Shown: positions 17,200-25,819, numbered from the stretch's first letter. The stretch: 34,078 bases of DNA from an uncultured Clostridia bacterium (GCA_934489915.1 CAKSSZ010000002.1:1-34078); one strand, 5' to 3'. Notes: generated from the sequence alone by a model not told the origin. Numbers and translations: made by a program.

Positions 17200-17307
17200 A
17201 CAAAAACGGACACAGAAGTATTTTTTCTCTTATCACGCCTTATTTTGCGGATAAGAGAAATGTTACAATCGTCGGCGCCGGCGCAAAGCGGCAGAAGGGA
17301 GAATGAA

Positions 17308-17577
17308 ATGAACCAACGAGTTGCATTAATCGGTATTATTGTGGAGGACAACTCTTCCGTGGAGCGGATGAATGAAATTTTGCATGAATACAGCGCTGTT
17401 ATCATCGGGCGCATGGGCTTGCCCTATCCGAAAAAGAACATTTCCATTATCAGCATTGCGGTGGACGCACTGCCGGATCAGATCAGCGCCCTGGCAGGGA
17501 AAATCGGAAGGCTGAACGGCGTCAGTGCCAAGGCAGTTTATTCAAAAACGGAAGGAGCAAAGGAAAATGAAATATGA
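17308..17577 (+). CDS. TM1266-like small ACT-fold protein (putative iron-only hydrogenase system regulator family)
   Basis: 89 aa. VALIGIIVEDNSSVERMNEILHEYSAVIIGRMGLPYPKKNISIISIAVD closely matches my recollection of the TM1266 family that accompanies hydEFG. GAAGGGAGA is the SD for ATG 17308. The upstream part of the ORF-track ORF (17149-17307) is the leader. Confidence 0.75.
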   Translation: MNQRVALIGIIVEDNSSVERMNEILHEYSAVIIGRMGLPYPKKNISIISIAVDALPDQISALAGKIGRLNGVSAKAVYSKTEGAKENEI

Positions 17578-18988
17578 TCCGAAATCCAAACACGCAGAGG
17601 AATTTATCAATCATGAAGAAGTGCTGGAAACGCTGCAATATGCAGAGCAAAATAAACATAATGAAGCGTTGATTACGCAAATTTTAGAAAAAGCCCGCAG
17701 CTATAAGGGCTTGTCCCACCGGGAAGCGGCTGTTTTGCTGGATTGCGATATTCCGGAAAAAAATAAAGAAATTGAAGCGCTGGCTGCGCAAATTAAGCAG
17801 GATTTTTACGGTAACCGAATTGTCATGTTTGCTCCTCTTTATTTGTCTAATTATTGTGTTAACGGCTGTGTTTATTGTCCGTATCACTTGAAAAATAAGC
17901 ATATTGCCCGGAAAAAGCTGACCCAGGAGGAGATCCGCCGGGAGGTGATTGCTCTGCAGGATATGGGGCATAAACGCCTTGCCATTGAAGCGGGGGAAGA
18001 TCCGGTTAATAATCCGATTGAATATATTCTGGATTGCATTAAAACCATTTACAGTATTCACCACAAAAACGGTGATATCCGGCGGGTGAATGTGAATATT
18101 GCCGCTACCACCGTGGAAAATTACAGGAAGCTAAAGGAAGCGGGAATCGGCACCTACATTCTGTTCCAGGAAACGTATCACAAGGACAGCTATGAGGCCT
18201 TGCACCCAACCGGTCCCAAGCACAATTATTGCTATCATACCGAGGCGATGGACCGAGCCATGGAAGGCGGGATTGACGATGTAGGGCTGGGGGTGTTGTT
18301 CGGCCTGGAGCTGTACCGTTATGAATTTGCCGCCCTGCTGATGCACGCAGAGCATCTGGAAGCGGCATTCGGCGTCGGCCCCCATACCATCAGCGTTCCC
18401 CGGATCAAACGGGCGGACGATATTGATCCTTCTGCCTTTGACAATGGAATTAATGACGACATTTTTGCAAAGCTGATTGCCTGTATTCGTATTGCAGTTC
18501 CCTACACGGGTATGATCATTTCTACACGGGAGTCCAAAGCCTGTCGGGAGAGGGTGCTGCATTTAGGCATTTCCCAAATCAGCGGCGCTTCCCGCACCAG
18601 CGTAGGCGGATATGCGGAGCCGGAACCGGAAGAGGAAAATTCCGCTCAGTTTGATGTCAGCGATAACCGCACCTTGGATGAGGTAGTACGCTGGCTGATG
18701 GAAATGGGAGACATCCCCTCCTTCTGCACGGCCTGTTATCGGGAAGGTCGGACGGGCGACCGGTTTATGTCTCTTTGTAAAAACGGACAAATTTTAAACT
18801 GCTGTCATCCCAATGCGCTGATGACCTTAAAGGAATATTTGGAGGATTATGCCACAGAGCCTACCAGGCAGCTGGGCAATGCCTTGATCATCCGGGAAAT
18901 TGAGCGAATTCCCAACCCAAAGGTCAAAGAAATTGTGCAAAAAAATTTATCAGCCATTGAAAACGGCAGCCGGGATTTTAGGTTTTAA
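17567..18988 (+). CDS. hydG: [FeFe]-hydrogenase maturase HydG (radical SAM tyrosine lyase)
   Basis: 473 aa with radical SAM CVNGCVYC and C-terminal auxiliary-cluster cysteines (CTACYREGRTGDRFMSLCKNGQILNCCHPNA). The start at MKYDP has AAGGAGCAAAGGA upstream and overlaps the preceding gene by 11 nt. Confidence 0.9.
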   Translation: MKYDPKSKHAEEFINHEEVLETLQYAEQNKHNEALITQILEKARSYKGLSHREAAVLLDCDIPEKNKEIEALAAQIKQDFYGNRIVMFAPLYLSNYCVNGCVYCPYHLKNKHIARKKLTQEEIRREVIALQDMGHKRLAIEAGEDPVNNPIEYILDCIKTIYSIHHKNGDIRRVNVNIAATTVENYRKLKEAGIGTYILFQETYHKDSYEALHPTGPKHNYCYHTEAMDRAMEGGIDDVGLGVLFGLELYRYEFAALLMHAEHLEAAFGVGPHTISVPRIKRADDIDPSAFDNGINDDIFAKLIACIRIAVPYTGMIISTRESKACRERVLHLGISQISGASRTSVGGYAEPEPEEENSAQFDVSDNRTLDEVVRWLMEMGDIPSFCTACYREGRTGDRFMSLCKNGQILNCCHPNALMTLKEYLEDYATEPTRQLGNALIIREIERIPNPKVKEIVQKNLSAIENGSRDFRF

Positions 18989-19003
18989 AAAGGAGGAAAA
19001 CAC

Positions 19004-20200
19004 ATGGGACTCAATGATACGGTGTCTGCCGATCGGGTACACATTGCGTTTTTCGGAAAGCGGAACGCCGGGAAATCCAGCGTCATTAATGCTGTAACCG
19101 GGCAGCAGCTTTCTGTAGTTTCTCCCGTAGCCGGCACCACAACCGACCCGGTTTACAAAGCGATGGAGCTGCTGCCGTTGGGGCCGGTGGTGTTGATTGA
19201 TACCGCAGGGCTGGATGACGGCGGAGCCTTAGGGGCGCTTCGGGTTAAAAAAACGCAGCAGATATTGCAAAAAACAGATCTTGCCATTTTAGTCATTGAC
19301 GCCGCCTTGGGGAAAACCCGGCAGGAGGAAGACTGGATCAAGGCCTTTGAAAAGCGGAACATTCCGTTCCTAACTGTTTATAATAAAGCGGATCTTTGTC
19401 AGATGCCCACCTTGCAGGAAGGTGAGCTTGCGGTCAGTGCCGTAACGGGAGACGGCATTCATGCCTTAAAGGAAGCCATTGCCGCATTGGGAAAGCCGGC
19501 GTCTGAAAAAGCTTTGCTGGACGGCGTCATCGGCGCAGGAGAGCTTGCGGTTTTGGTTACTCCCATTGATTCTGCTGCCCCTAAAGGACGGTTAATCCTG
19601 CCCCAGCAGCAAACCATCCGTGCATTGCTGGATCTGGGGGCTATGGCAATGGTGGTGAAGGAAACGGAGCTTACGGGAGCGCTTGCGTCTTTGCGCGAGC
19701 CGCCAAAATTGGTGATTACGGACAGTCAGGCTTTTCACCAGGTATCCTCCCAAACGCCGGCGGAGGTGTGGCTCACCTCTTTTTCCATTTTATTTGCCCG
19801 TCAAAGGGGCGATTTGGGCTTGGTAATAGAAGGGGTCAAAGCGCTGGATTCCTTGCAGGAGGGGGATGGGATTTTGATTGCAGAGGGCTGCACCCATCAC
19901 CGTCAATGTGATGATATCGGCACGGTAAAGCTCCCCCGGTGGATTAGAAAATACACCGGCAGGGAACCGGTCTTTACTTTTTCCTCCGGGCGGGATTTTC
20001 CGGAGGATTTGTCCGCCTTTCATATGGTGATTCACTGCGGCGGATGTATGCTGAACCCGCGGGAGATTCAATCCCGGCAGGGGCGGGCGCAAGCGGCTCG
20101 AGTTCCCATTACCAATTACGGGATTGCCATTGCTTATATGAACGGAATTCTGCAGCGCAGCCTGCAGCCTTTCCCGGAGCTGGCAAGTATGCTTTCTTAA
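19004..20200 (+). CDS. hydF: [FeFe]-hydrogenase maturation GTPase HydF
   Basis: 398 aa with P-loop GKRNAGKSS, DTAG and NKAD GTPase motifs, plus C-terminal cluster ligands CTHH...HCGGC. AAGGAGG is the SD. Confidence 0.9.
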   Translation: MGLNDTVSADRVHIAFFGKRNAGKSSVINAVTGQQLSVVSPVAGTTTDPVYKAMELLPLGPVVLIDTAGLDDGGALGALRVKKTQQILQKTDLAILVIDAALGKTRQEEDWIKAFEKRNIPFLTVYNKADLCQMPTLQEGELAVSAVTGDGIHALKEAIAALGKPASEKALLDGVIGAGELAVLVTPIDSAAPKGRLILPQQQTIRALLDLGAMAMVVKETELTGALASLREPPKLVITDSQAFHQVSSQTPAEVWLTSFSILFARQRGDLGLVIEGVKALDSLQEGDGILIAEGCTHHRQCDDIGTVKLPRWIRKYTGREPVFTFSSGRDFPEDLSAFHMVIHCGGCMLNPREIQSRQGRAQAARVPITNYGIAIAYMNGILQRSLQPFPELASMLS

Positions 20201-20215
20201 CAAGGAGGTTGTGTC

Positions 20216-20731
20216 GTGAGGCTGACCAAGGATTTTTATCTGCGTCCGGCAGAAGAAGCAGCCCCTGCGCTTTTGGGAAAGCTTCTTTGCGCCGAACAAA
20301 ACGGAATGGTTCTTCGCCGAAGAATTGTGGAAACGGAATGTTACCAAGGGGAGGAGGACACCGCCTGCCATGCCCACAGGGGGAGGACGCCCCGTACCTC
20401 TGTTTTATATGAGGAGGGGGGCTTGGCATACTTGTATTTATGCTACGGGATACACCATTTATTGAATGTGGTAACGGGTTCTGAGGGACATCCGCAGGCG
20501 GTGCTGATCCGTGGAATTGAGGGGGCAATCGGCCCGGGCAGGGTGACCAAATCAATGGGAATTACCACTGCGCTTAATCGGGAAGACTTATGTACCTCAC
20601 GCCGGCTGTGGTTGGAGGATGACGGCGCCCCCGCCCCTGTCTTTACCGTTGCCCCCCGTGTGGGCATTGGGTATGCAGACCCCAAAGATCAGGAGCGGTT
20701 ATGGCGGTTTATTGCGGATGTCTCTTCTTAA
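20216..20731 (+). CDS. DNA-3-methyladenine glycosylase (Mpg/AAG family)
   Basis: 171 aa with FYLRPAEEAAPALLGKLL..RIVETECYQGEEDTACHA..GLAYLYLCYGIHHLLNVV, typical of the family. The GTG start has AAGGAGG upstream and lies 15 nt after hydF. Confidence 0.85.
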   Translation: MRLTKDFYLRPAEEAAPALLGKLLCAEQNGMVLRRRIVETECYQGEEDTACHAHRGRTPRTSVLYEEGGLAYLYLCYGIHHLLNVVTGSEGHPQAVLIRGIEGAIGPGRVTKSMGITTALNREDLCTSRRLWLEDDGAPAPVFTVAPRVGIGYADPKDQERLWRFIADVSS

Positions 20732-20733
20732 AT

Positions 20734-20778
20734 AAAAAACGGGCAAGCTTGCAGGAAAAAGCAAGCTTGCCCGTTTTT
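20734..20778. terminator. Bidirectional intrinsic terminator between convergent operons
   Basis: Perfect 14-bp stem ACGGGCAAGCTTGC (20739-20752) / GCAAGCTTGCCCGT (20761-20774), flanked by an A run on the 5' side and a T run on the 3' side. Confidence 0.85.
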
Positions 20779-20783
20779 CAATT

Positions 20784-21230
20784 TCATTTTTCTGCCGATT
20801 CCGGATGAATTCCCTGTTCCAGGATATCCACTGCTTTTTGCAGCAGTTCATCCAGACGTTCTTTGTCTTTTTGTAAATATAAATACCCTACTAAAGCTTC
20901 AAATCCGGTTGCCTGATGGTAGTCTTTCACCTCGGCGTGCTTGGCAACCGTTCCCGGCTTGGCGTTTCTGCCCCGCTTATAAATCCGCAGCTCCTCTTCG
21001 CTCAGTTCCGGTGCTAATGTCTGTATCGCCTTGCTTTGGGCCTCTGCTTTTACATATCCGGTTGCCGCCTTGTGCAGCTGATGCACCGGAAAGCTCCCCC
21101 GGCTGATCAGCAGGGAACGAATGTATACTTCATAAACAGCGTCCCCGATATAAGCAAGCACCAGGGGGGAATGCTCTGCCGGAGATTTCCCGCCGCAATC
21201 CTGCGGCATGCTTGTTATTCTCTTCTCCAT
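20784..21230 (-). CDS. mrnC: Mini-ribonuclease 3 (Mini-III)
   Basis: 148 aa with the RNase III-like signature [16 protein letters not shown]. It lies directly downstream of cysS, as in Bacillus. The start at 21230 overlaps the cysS stop by 16 nt. An alternative Met at 21209 has a poorer SD. Confidence 0.8.
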   Translation of the reverse strand: MEKRITSMPQDCGGKSPAEHSPLVLAYIGDAVYEVYIRSLLISRGSFPVHQLHKAATGYVKAEAQSKAIQTLAPELSEEELRIYKRGRNAKPGTVAKHAEVKDYHQATGFEALVGYLYLQKDKERLDELLQKAVDILEQGIHPESAEK

Positions 21231-22615
21231 TTGACCCCCTGAGGCGTATCCTCCAGCACAATGCCCTGTTCCTTCAGTTCGTCACGGATCCGGTCGGCCT
21301 CTGCAAAATTTTTCGCCGCTCTTGCTGCCTGCCGCTGTTCAATCAATGCGGCAATTTCTTCTTCTAAGCCCTTTTCCTGCTTTTGCTCAAACAGACCGAG
21401 TACTGCGGAAAAAGAAGAAAACAAATCCAGGAAATGCTGAATGAATTGATGAGAGTGAGGGCGCCCGTCATTTACCACGGTGTTTATGTCACGCACCATA
21501 TCAAAAATAACAGATAAGGCGTCTGCCGTGTTTAAATCGTCATCCATAGCACGGCAAAATTGAGCGGTATAGTCGGTTTTCATCAATTCTTCTTCCCGGG
21601 CGGTTAAGGGAGCGTCTTCCCCTTGAAGTAAAAATTTTAACTGGTCAATGCAGGTGGTGATCCGCTCCAAAGAAGTTTTTGCCTGCTGCATTAAATCCTT
21701 GCTGAAATTAATGGGGCTTCTGTAATGGGCGCTGAGCATAAACATTCTCATGACAGGGTAATCAAATTCTTTGGTTATTTCCCGCACGGTGAAAAAGTTC
21801 CCCAGAGATTTTGACATTTTTTTATGGTCAATATTGATGTAGCCGTTGTGCATCCAATAATGGGCAAACGGAACCCCGTTGCAGCATTCGCTTTGAGCAA
21901 TTTCATTTTCATGATGGGGGAAAATCAAATCCCGGCCGCCGCAGTGAATATCAATGGTTTTGCCCAAATATTGATTTGCCATGACGGAGCATTCAATATG
22001 CCATCCCGGCCGACCCATGCCCCAGGGGCTTTCCCAGGCGGGTTCTCCTTCTTTTTGCTTTTTCCACAGGGCAAAATCCATAGCGTCTTCTTTTCTTTCG
22101 TCCACGCTGATTCTTGCGCCTGCCTCCAGCTCCTCCAAAGGCTGATGGGACAGCTTTCCGTATTCCCGAAATGCTTTGGTATGGAAATATACATCTCCGT
22201 CCCGCTCATACGCATACCCTTTGTCAATTAAGGTTTGTATCATTTGAATCATTTGCGGGATATGCCGGGTGGCTCTGGGGTGAACCGAAGCCGGACGGAT
22301 CCCCAGCCCTTCCGCATCCTTTTTATATTCTTCAATAAAACGATCTCCCAGCTCCTCTACGGTAATTCCTTCCCGATTGGCACGTTGAATCATTTTATCG
22401 TCAATATCCGTAAAGTTTTGTACAAAGGTCACCTCGTTCCCCAAAAACTCCAGGTAACGGCGCAGAGTATCAAAAATAATAAAGGGACGGGCATTTCCAA
22501 TATGAAAGTAGTCATAAACCGTCGGTCCGCAGGCATAAATGCTCACTTTGCCCGGCGTTATGGGAACAAACTCTTCCTTTTTTCCGGTCAATGTATTAAA
22601 AATTTTCATGGTCAT
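21215..22615 (-). CDS. cysS: Cysteine--tRNA ligase
   Basis: 466 aa with class I motifs HIGNARP (HIGH) and KMSKS, plus Zn/Cys-binding context typical of CysRS. The SD is GGTGAGGAGG. Confidence 0.95.
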   Translation of the reverse strand: MTMKIFNTLTGKKEEFVPITPGKVSIYACGPTVYDYFHIGNARPFIIFDTLRRYLEFLGNEVTFVQNFTDIDDKMIQRANREGITVEELGDRFIEEYKKDAEGLGIRPASVHPRATRHIPQMIQMIQTLIDKGYAYERDGDVYFHTKAFREYGKLSHQPLEELEAGARISVDERKEDAMDFALWKKQKEGEPAWESPWGMGRPGWHIECSVMANQYLGKTIDIHCGGRDLIFPHHENEIAQSECCNGVPFAHYWMHNGYINIDHKKMSKSLGNFFTVREITKEFDYPVMRMFMLSAHYRSPINFSKDLMQQAKTSLERITTCIDQLKFLLQGEDAPLTAREEELMKTDYTAQFCRAMDDDLNTADALSVIFDMVRDINTVVNDGRPHSHQFIQHFLDLFSSFSAVLGLFEQKQEKGLEEEIAALIEQRQAARAAKNFAEADRIRDELKEQGIVLEDTPQGVKWRRE

Positions 22616-22667
22616 TCCTCCTCACCTTTTTATTTTACCAGCTTTTTTGGAAAAAGTCAATTTTGAC

Positions 22668-22696
22668 TTGACAAAAATTCCGCTTTTTAATATAAT
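22668..22696 (+). promoter_or_regulatory. Consensus sigma-A promoter for the AsnC/aminotransferase operon
   Basis: TTGACA (22668-22673), a 17-nt spacer and TATAAT (22691-22696). Confidence 0.65.
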
Positions 22697-22727
22697 TTTA
22701 TTATAAGTTAGTGTAGGAGTGATAAGA

Positions 22728-23216
22728 ATGGATCAAAAAGAACAATTGTTAAAATTACTTGAACGGGATGCAGGAATGCCCGTCAGCCAGCTTGCTGTAA
22801 TGCTCGAAATGGACGAGGCGCAAGTCGCCGATATGATAGAAGCCTGCGAAAAGGACGGCACCATTGTTTGCCGGAAAACCGTAATTGATTGGGAAAAGAC
22901 CAGTTATGAAAGAGTTTCCGCCCTGATTGAGCTGCGGGTGACGCCCCAAATGGGAGAGGGCTTTGATAAGATTGCCCAGCGGGTGATGCGGTTTCCGGAG
23001 GTGCGTTCTACCTACTTAATTTCCGGCGGCTTTGACCTGATGGTGATTGTGGAAGGAATCACCATGAAGGAGGTTGCCTTGTTTGTGGCAAATTGTTTGG
23101 CACCGATGGACGAGGTCATCAGCACCGCCACGCACTTTGTTTTGAAAAAATACAAGCAGGACGGCGTTTTCTTTAACGCCGACCATAAGGATGAAAGAAG
23201 GGTGATCACCCTATGA
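22728..23216 (+). CDS. Lrp/AsnC family transcriptional regulator (AlaR-like by context)
   Basis: About 162 aa with an N-terminal HTH and a C-terminal RAM/AsnC_trans_reg-like domain (ALIELRVTPQ...YLISGGFDLMVIVE). ATG 22728 has TAGGAGTGA upstream. GTG 22719 in the ORF track lies inside the SD. Confidence 0.8.
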   Translation: MDQKEQLLKLLERDAGMPVSQLAVMLEMDEAQVADMIEACEKDGTIVCRKTVIDWEKTSYERVSALIELRVTPQMGEGFDKIAQRVMRFPEVRSTYLISGGFDLMVIVEGITMKEVALFVANCLAPMDEVISTATHFVLKKYKQDGVFFNADHKDERRVITL

Positions 23217-24388
23217 GTCAGTTTTCTATGGAGGCACAGATTTCGCCGGTTGTGAAGCAAATGCCTTCTTCCGGGATCCGTAAATTTTTTGATATTGTGG
23301 CAGAAATGAAGGACGCCATTTCCTTAGGAGTAGGCGAGCCGGATTTCGTCACTCCCTGGCACATTCGCCAGGCAGGTATTTTCTCGCTGGAGCGGGGGCA
23401 TACTTACTATACTTCCAATGCCGGAATTTTTGGATTGCGGCAGGAGATCTGCAATTACTTAAACCGCCGGTTTGAAATCAGTTATCAGCCGAAAACCCAA
23501 ACCATTGTAACCGTAGGGGGCAGCGAGGCCATTGATTTATGCGTGCGTGCGGTGGTGCAGCCCGGGGATCAGGTTTTGATTCCGGAGCCGTGCTTTGTTT
23601 GCTATGCGCCTATCGTTACTCTGGCAGGCGGCACCCCTGTTCCGATTGTGACCCGAGCGGAGGATGAATTCCGGCTGACGGCAGATCAGCTGCGCAATGC
23701 CATTACACCAAAAACCAGGCTTTTGGTACTGCCTTTCCCGAACAATCCCACCGGCGCTGTCATGCGGCGGGAGGATTTGGAGGCGATTGCGGAGGTTTTG
23801 CGGGAAACTGATATTGTAGTTCTGTCTGACGAGATTTACGCCGAGCTGACCTATGGCGGAAAGCATACCTCGATTGCGTCCATTGACGGAATGTATGAAA
23901 GAACCGTGCTGGTCAGCGGATTTTCCAAGGCCTATGCCATGACCGGCTGGCGGCTGGGCTATGCCTGCGGAGACGAAGCGGTCATTGCCGCCATGACCAA
24001 AATTCATCAGTATGCTATTATGTCCGCTCCGACCACCAGTCAGCATGCGGCGGAGGAGGCCATGCGTAACGGCGACCATGACATTGAAATGATGAAAAAT
24101 GAATATAATTACCGCCGTAAAATTATTTTGGAAGGCATGCGGGATATGGGGTTGGATTGCTTTGAGCCTCAAGGTGCCTTTTATGTCTTTCCCAGTATTC
24201 AGAGAACCGGCATGACCTCGGGTGAATTCTGCAATCAGCTGTTAAATGACCAAAAGGTTGCCGTTGTGCCGGGAGATGCGTTCGGCGCCAGCGGAGAAGG
24301 GTTTGTCCGGTGTTCCTATGCTTATTCGATTGATAAAATCAACGAGGCCTTGAATCGGATTGAGGCTTTTGTGAAAAAACAACTGTAG
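23213..24388 (+). CDS. Class I/II PLP-dependent aminotransferase (AlaT/YugH-like)
   Basis: 391 aa with the PLP lysine motif SGFSKAYAMTGWRLGY and NPTG. Its start overlaps the regulator stop (ATGA at 23213-23216). The AsnC-type regulator plus aminotransferase pairing mirrors Bacillus yugG-yugH (alaR-alaT). Confidence 0.85.
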   Translation: MSQFSMEAQISPVVKQMPSSGIRKFFDIVAEMKDAISLGVGEPDFVTPWHIRQAGIFSLERGHTYYTSNAGIFGLRQEICNYLNRRFEISYQPKTQTIVTVGGSEAIDLCVRAVVQPGDQVLIPEPCFVCYAPIVTLAGGTPVPIVTRAEDEFRLTADQLRNAITPKTRLLVLPFPNNPTGAVMRREDLEAIAEVLRETDIVVLSDEIYAELTYGGKHTSIASIDGMYERTVLVSGFSKAYAMTGWRLGYACGDEAVIAAMTKIHQYAIMSAPTTSQHAAEEAMRNGDHDIEMMKNEYNYRRKIILEGMRDMGLDCFEPQGAFYVFPSIQRTGMTSGEFCNQLLNDQKVAVVPGDAFGASGEGFVRCSYAYSIDKINEALNRIEAFVKKQL

Positions 24389-24401
24389 GAGCGGGATAAA
24401 A

Positions 24402-24905
24402 ATGGGACTGAATCTTGTATTATTAGAACCGGAAATCCCGCAAAACACGGGAAATATTGCCAGAACCTGCGCTGCCACCGGGGCCTCTCTCCATTTGGTG
24501 GGGCCGATGGGATTTCAGATTGACGATAAAAAGTTAAAGCGGGCGGGCTTGGATTACTGGCGTTTGCTGGACATTCATTATTATGACAGTACGGAAGAAT
24601 TTTTTCAAAAGCATCCGGGAAAAACATTTTATTATGCCACAACAAAAGCACCCCGTGACTATAGCGAGGTTGCTTACCCGGAGGATGTTTATTTGGTATT
24701 CGGCAAGGAAACAGCCGGCATAGACGAAGGGATTTTAGTGCGTAATCAGCCTTATTGTGTGCGGATTCCCATGATTGACGAGGCACGTTCTCTGAATCTT
24801 TCCAATGCAGTGGCTATTATGACCTATGAGGTGCTTCGTCAGCACGGTTTTTCTCAGCTTCGCCGGCAGGGTCAGCTGACCAGATATCACTGGCAGGCGG
24901 AGTAA
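24402..24905 (+). CDS. trmL: tRNA (cytidine/uridine(34)-2'-O)-methyltransferase TrmL (SPOUT family)
   Basis: 167 aa. LNLVLLEPEIPQNTGNIARTCAATGASLHLVGPMGF..KLKRAGLDYW and SLNLSNAVAIMTYE closely parallel E. coli TrmL/YibK. Confidence 0.85.
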   Translation: MGLNLVLLEPEIPQNTGNIARTCAATGASLHLVGPMGFQIDDKKLKRAGLDYWRLLDIHYYDSTEEFFQKHPGKTFYYATTKAPRDYSEVAYPEDVYLVFGKETAGIDEGILVRNQPYCVRIPMIDEARSLNLSNAVAIMTYEVLRQHGFSQLRRQGQLTRYHWQAE

Positions 24906-24930
24906 CATAAAGAACGGAGAGTTTGCTATT

Positions 24931-25809
24931 ATGATTAAAATTATCGGAGACAGCAGCTGCGACATGCCCCTTCACTACGAACAGGAATACGATATTACCA
25001 TTGTTCCCCTGACGGTAGAAATTGACGGGCAGCTTTATCAGGATCGGTATGAAATTACCCCGGAGATATTTTTTCAAAAGCTGGAGGAATGCAAGGCGTT
25101 TCCCAAAACCTCTCTGGCAGGCCCGGAGAAGTTTTTAGAGCAGTACCGTATTGCCGCAGAACAAGGGTATGATACGGTCATTGTGATTACCATTCCGGCT
25201 GTGGCCAGCGGCACCCATCAGGCGGCTCGTATTGCGGCAGAAATGATGCAGGAAGAACATCCTGCCCTGGATATTACCGTGGTGGATTCTCAAATGCTTT
25301 GTTATCCCATCGGTTATCAGGTGAAGGAGGCCGGCAGGCTGGCAAAGGAAGGCGCTTCCAAACAGGAGATTTTAGACCGGATTCGTTATATTCAATTACA
25401 CACGGACGTGTATTTTACCGTGGATTCTCTGAAGTTTTTACAGAAGGGCGGGCGGATCAGCGCAGCCAAGGCAGCGCTGGGAACCATTTTGGATTTGAAG
25501 CCCATTCTTACCTTAAAAAACGGACTGGTGGAGCAGGTAGAAAATGTGCGGGGAGAAAAAAAGGCAATGTCCCGTATGGTAGAGCTGATTACGTCCCGTC
25601 CGGGAGCCGATGCTCTGGAGATGGTTTCTATCGGTCATGGGACAGTTCCCGGCAAGGTGGAATTCCTGCGAAAGAAGCTGGAAGCGGCGCTGGGGAGGCA
25701 GGAAGACGAAACCTTTGAGGTCGGCGTTGTCATAGGTGCTCACGCAGGCCCCGGATTTTCTGCTGTTTTTGTCATAAATCCCGAATTTCAGAATGAATGG
25801 ATAAAATAA
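24931..25809 (+). CDS. DegV family fatty-acid-binding protein
   Basis: 292 aa with DegV hallmarks (IIGDSSCDMP, PKTSLAGP, SGTHQAA, YFTVDSLKFLQKGGRIS). Confidence 0.85.
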   Translation: MIKIIGDSSCDMPLHYEQEYDITIVPLTVEIDGQLYQDRYEITPEIFFQKLEECKAFPKTSLAGPEKFLEQYRIAAEQGYDTVIVITIPAVASGTHQAARIAAEMMQEEHPALDITVVDSQMLCYPIGYQVKEAGRLAKEGASKQEILDRIRYIQLHTDVYFTVDSLKFLQKGGRISAAKAALGTILDLKPILTLKNGLVEQVENVRGEKKAMSRMVELITSRPGADALEMVSIGHGTVPGKVEFLRKKLEAALGRQEDETFEVGVVIGAHAGPGFSAVFVINPEFQNEWIK

Positions 25810-25819
25810 CAAAAAATAC

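Noticed and set aside
17127-17306. A 59-codon ORF (MPQQKPCGENKTV...) running through the hyd leader and its terminator, plus the N-terminal extension of the track ORF (17149-17307)
   Set aside because: There is no convincing SD before either start. Both frames read straight through the terminator hairpin and U tract, and the composition is odd. The TM1266-like domain begins at ATG 17308, which has a good GAAGGGAGA SD. I treat this region as non-coding leader.
19790-20377. A 195-aa ORF antisense to the hydF 3' end and the glycosylase 5' end
   Set aside because: It overlaps two well-supported sense genes, has an implausible composition (Pro/Gly/Arg-rich) and no RBS. It is an antisense artefact of GC-rich coding sequence.
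23537-24172. A 211-aa ORF antisense to the aminotransferase gene
   Set aside because: As above. The sense frame has clear PLP-enzyme motifs, while the antisense frame has none.
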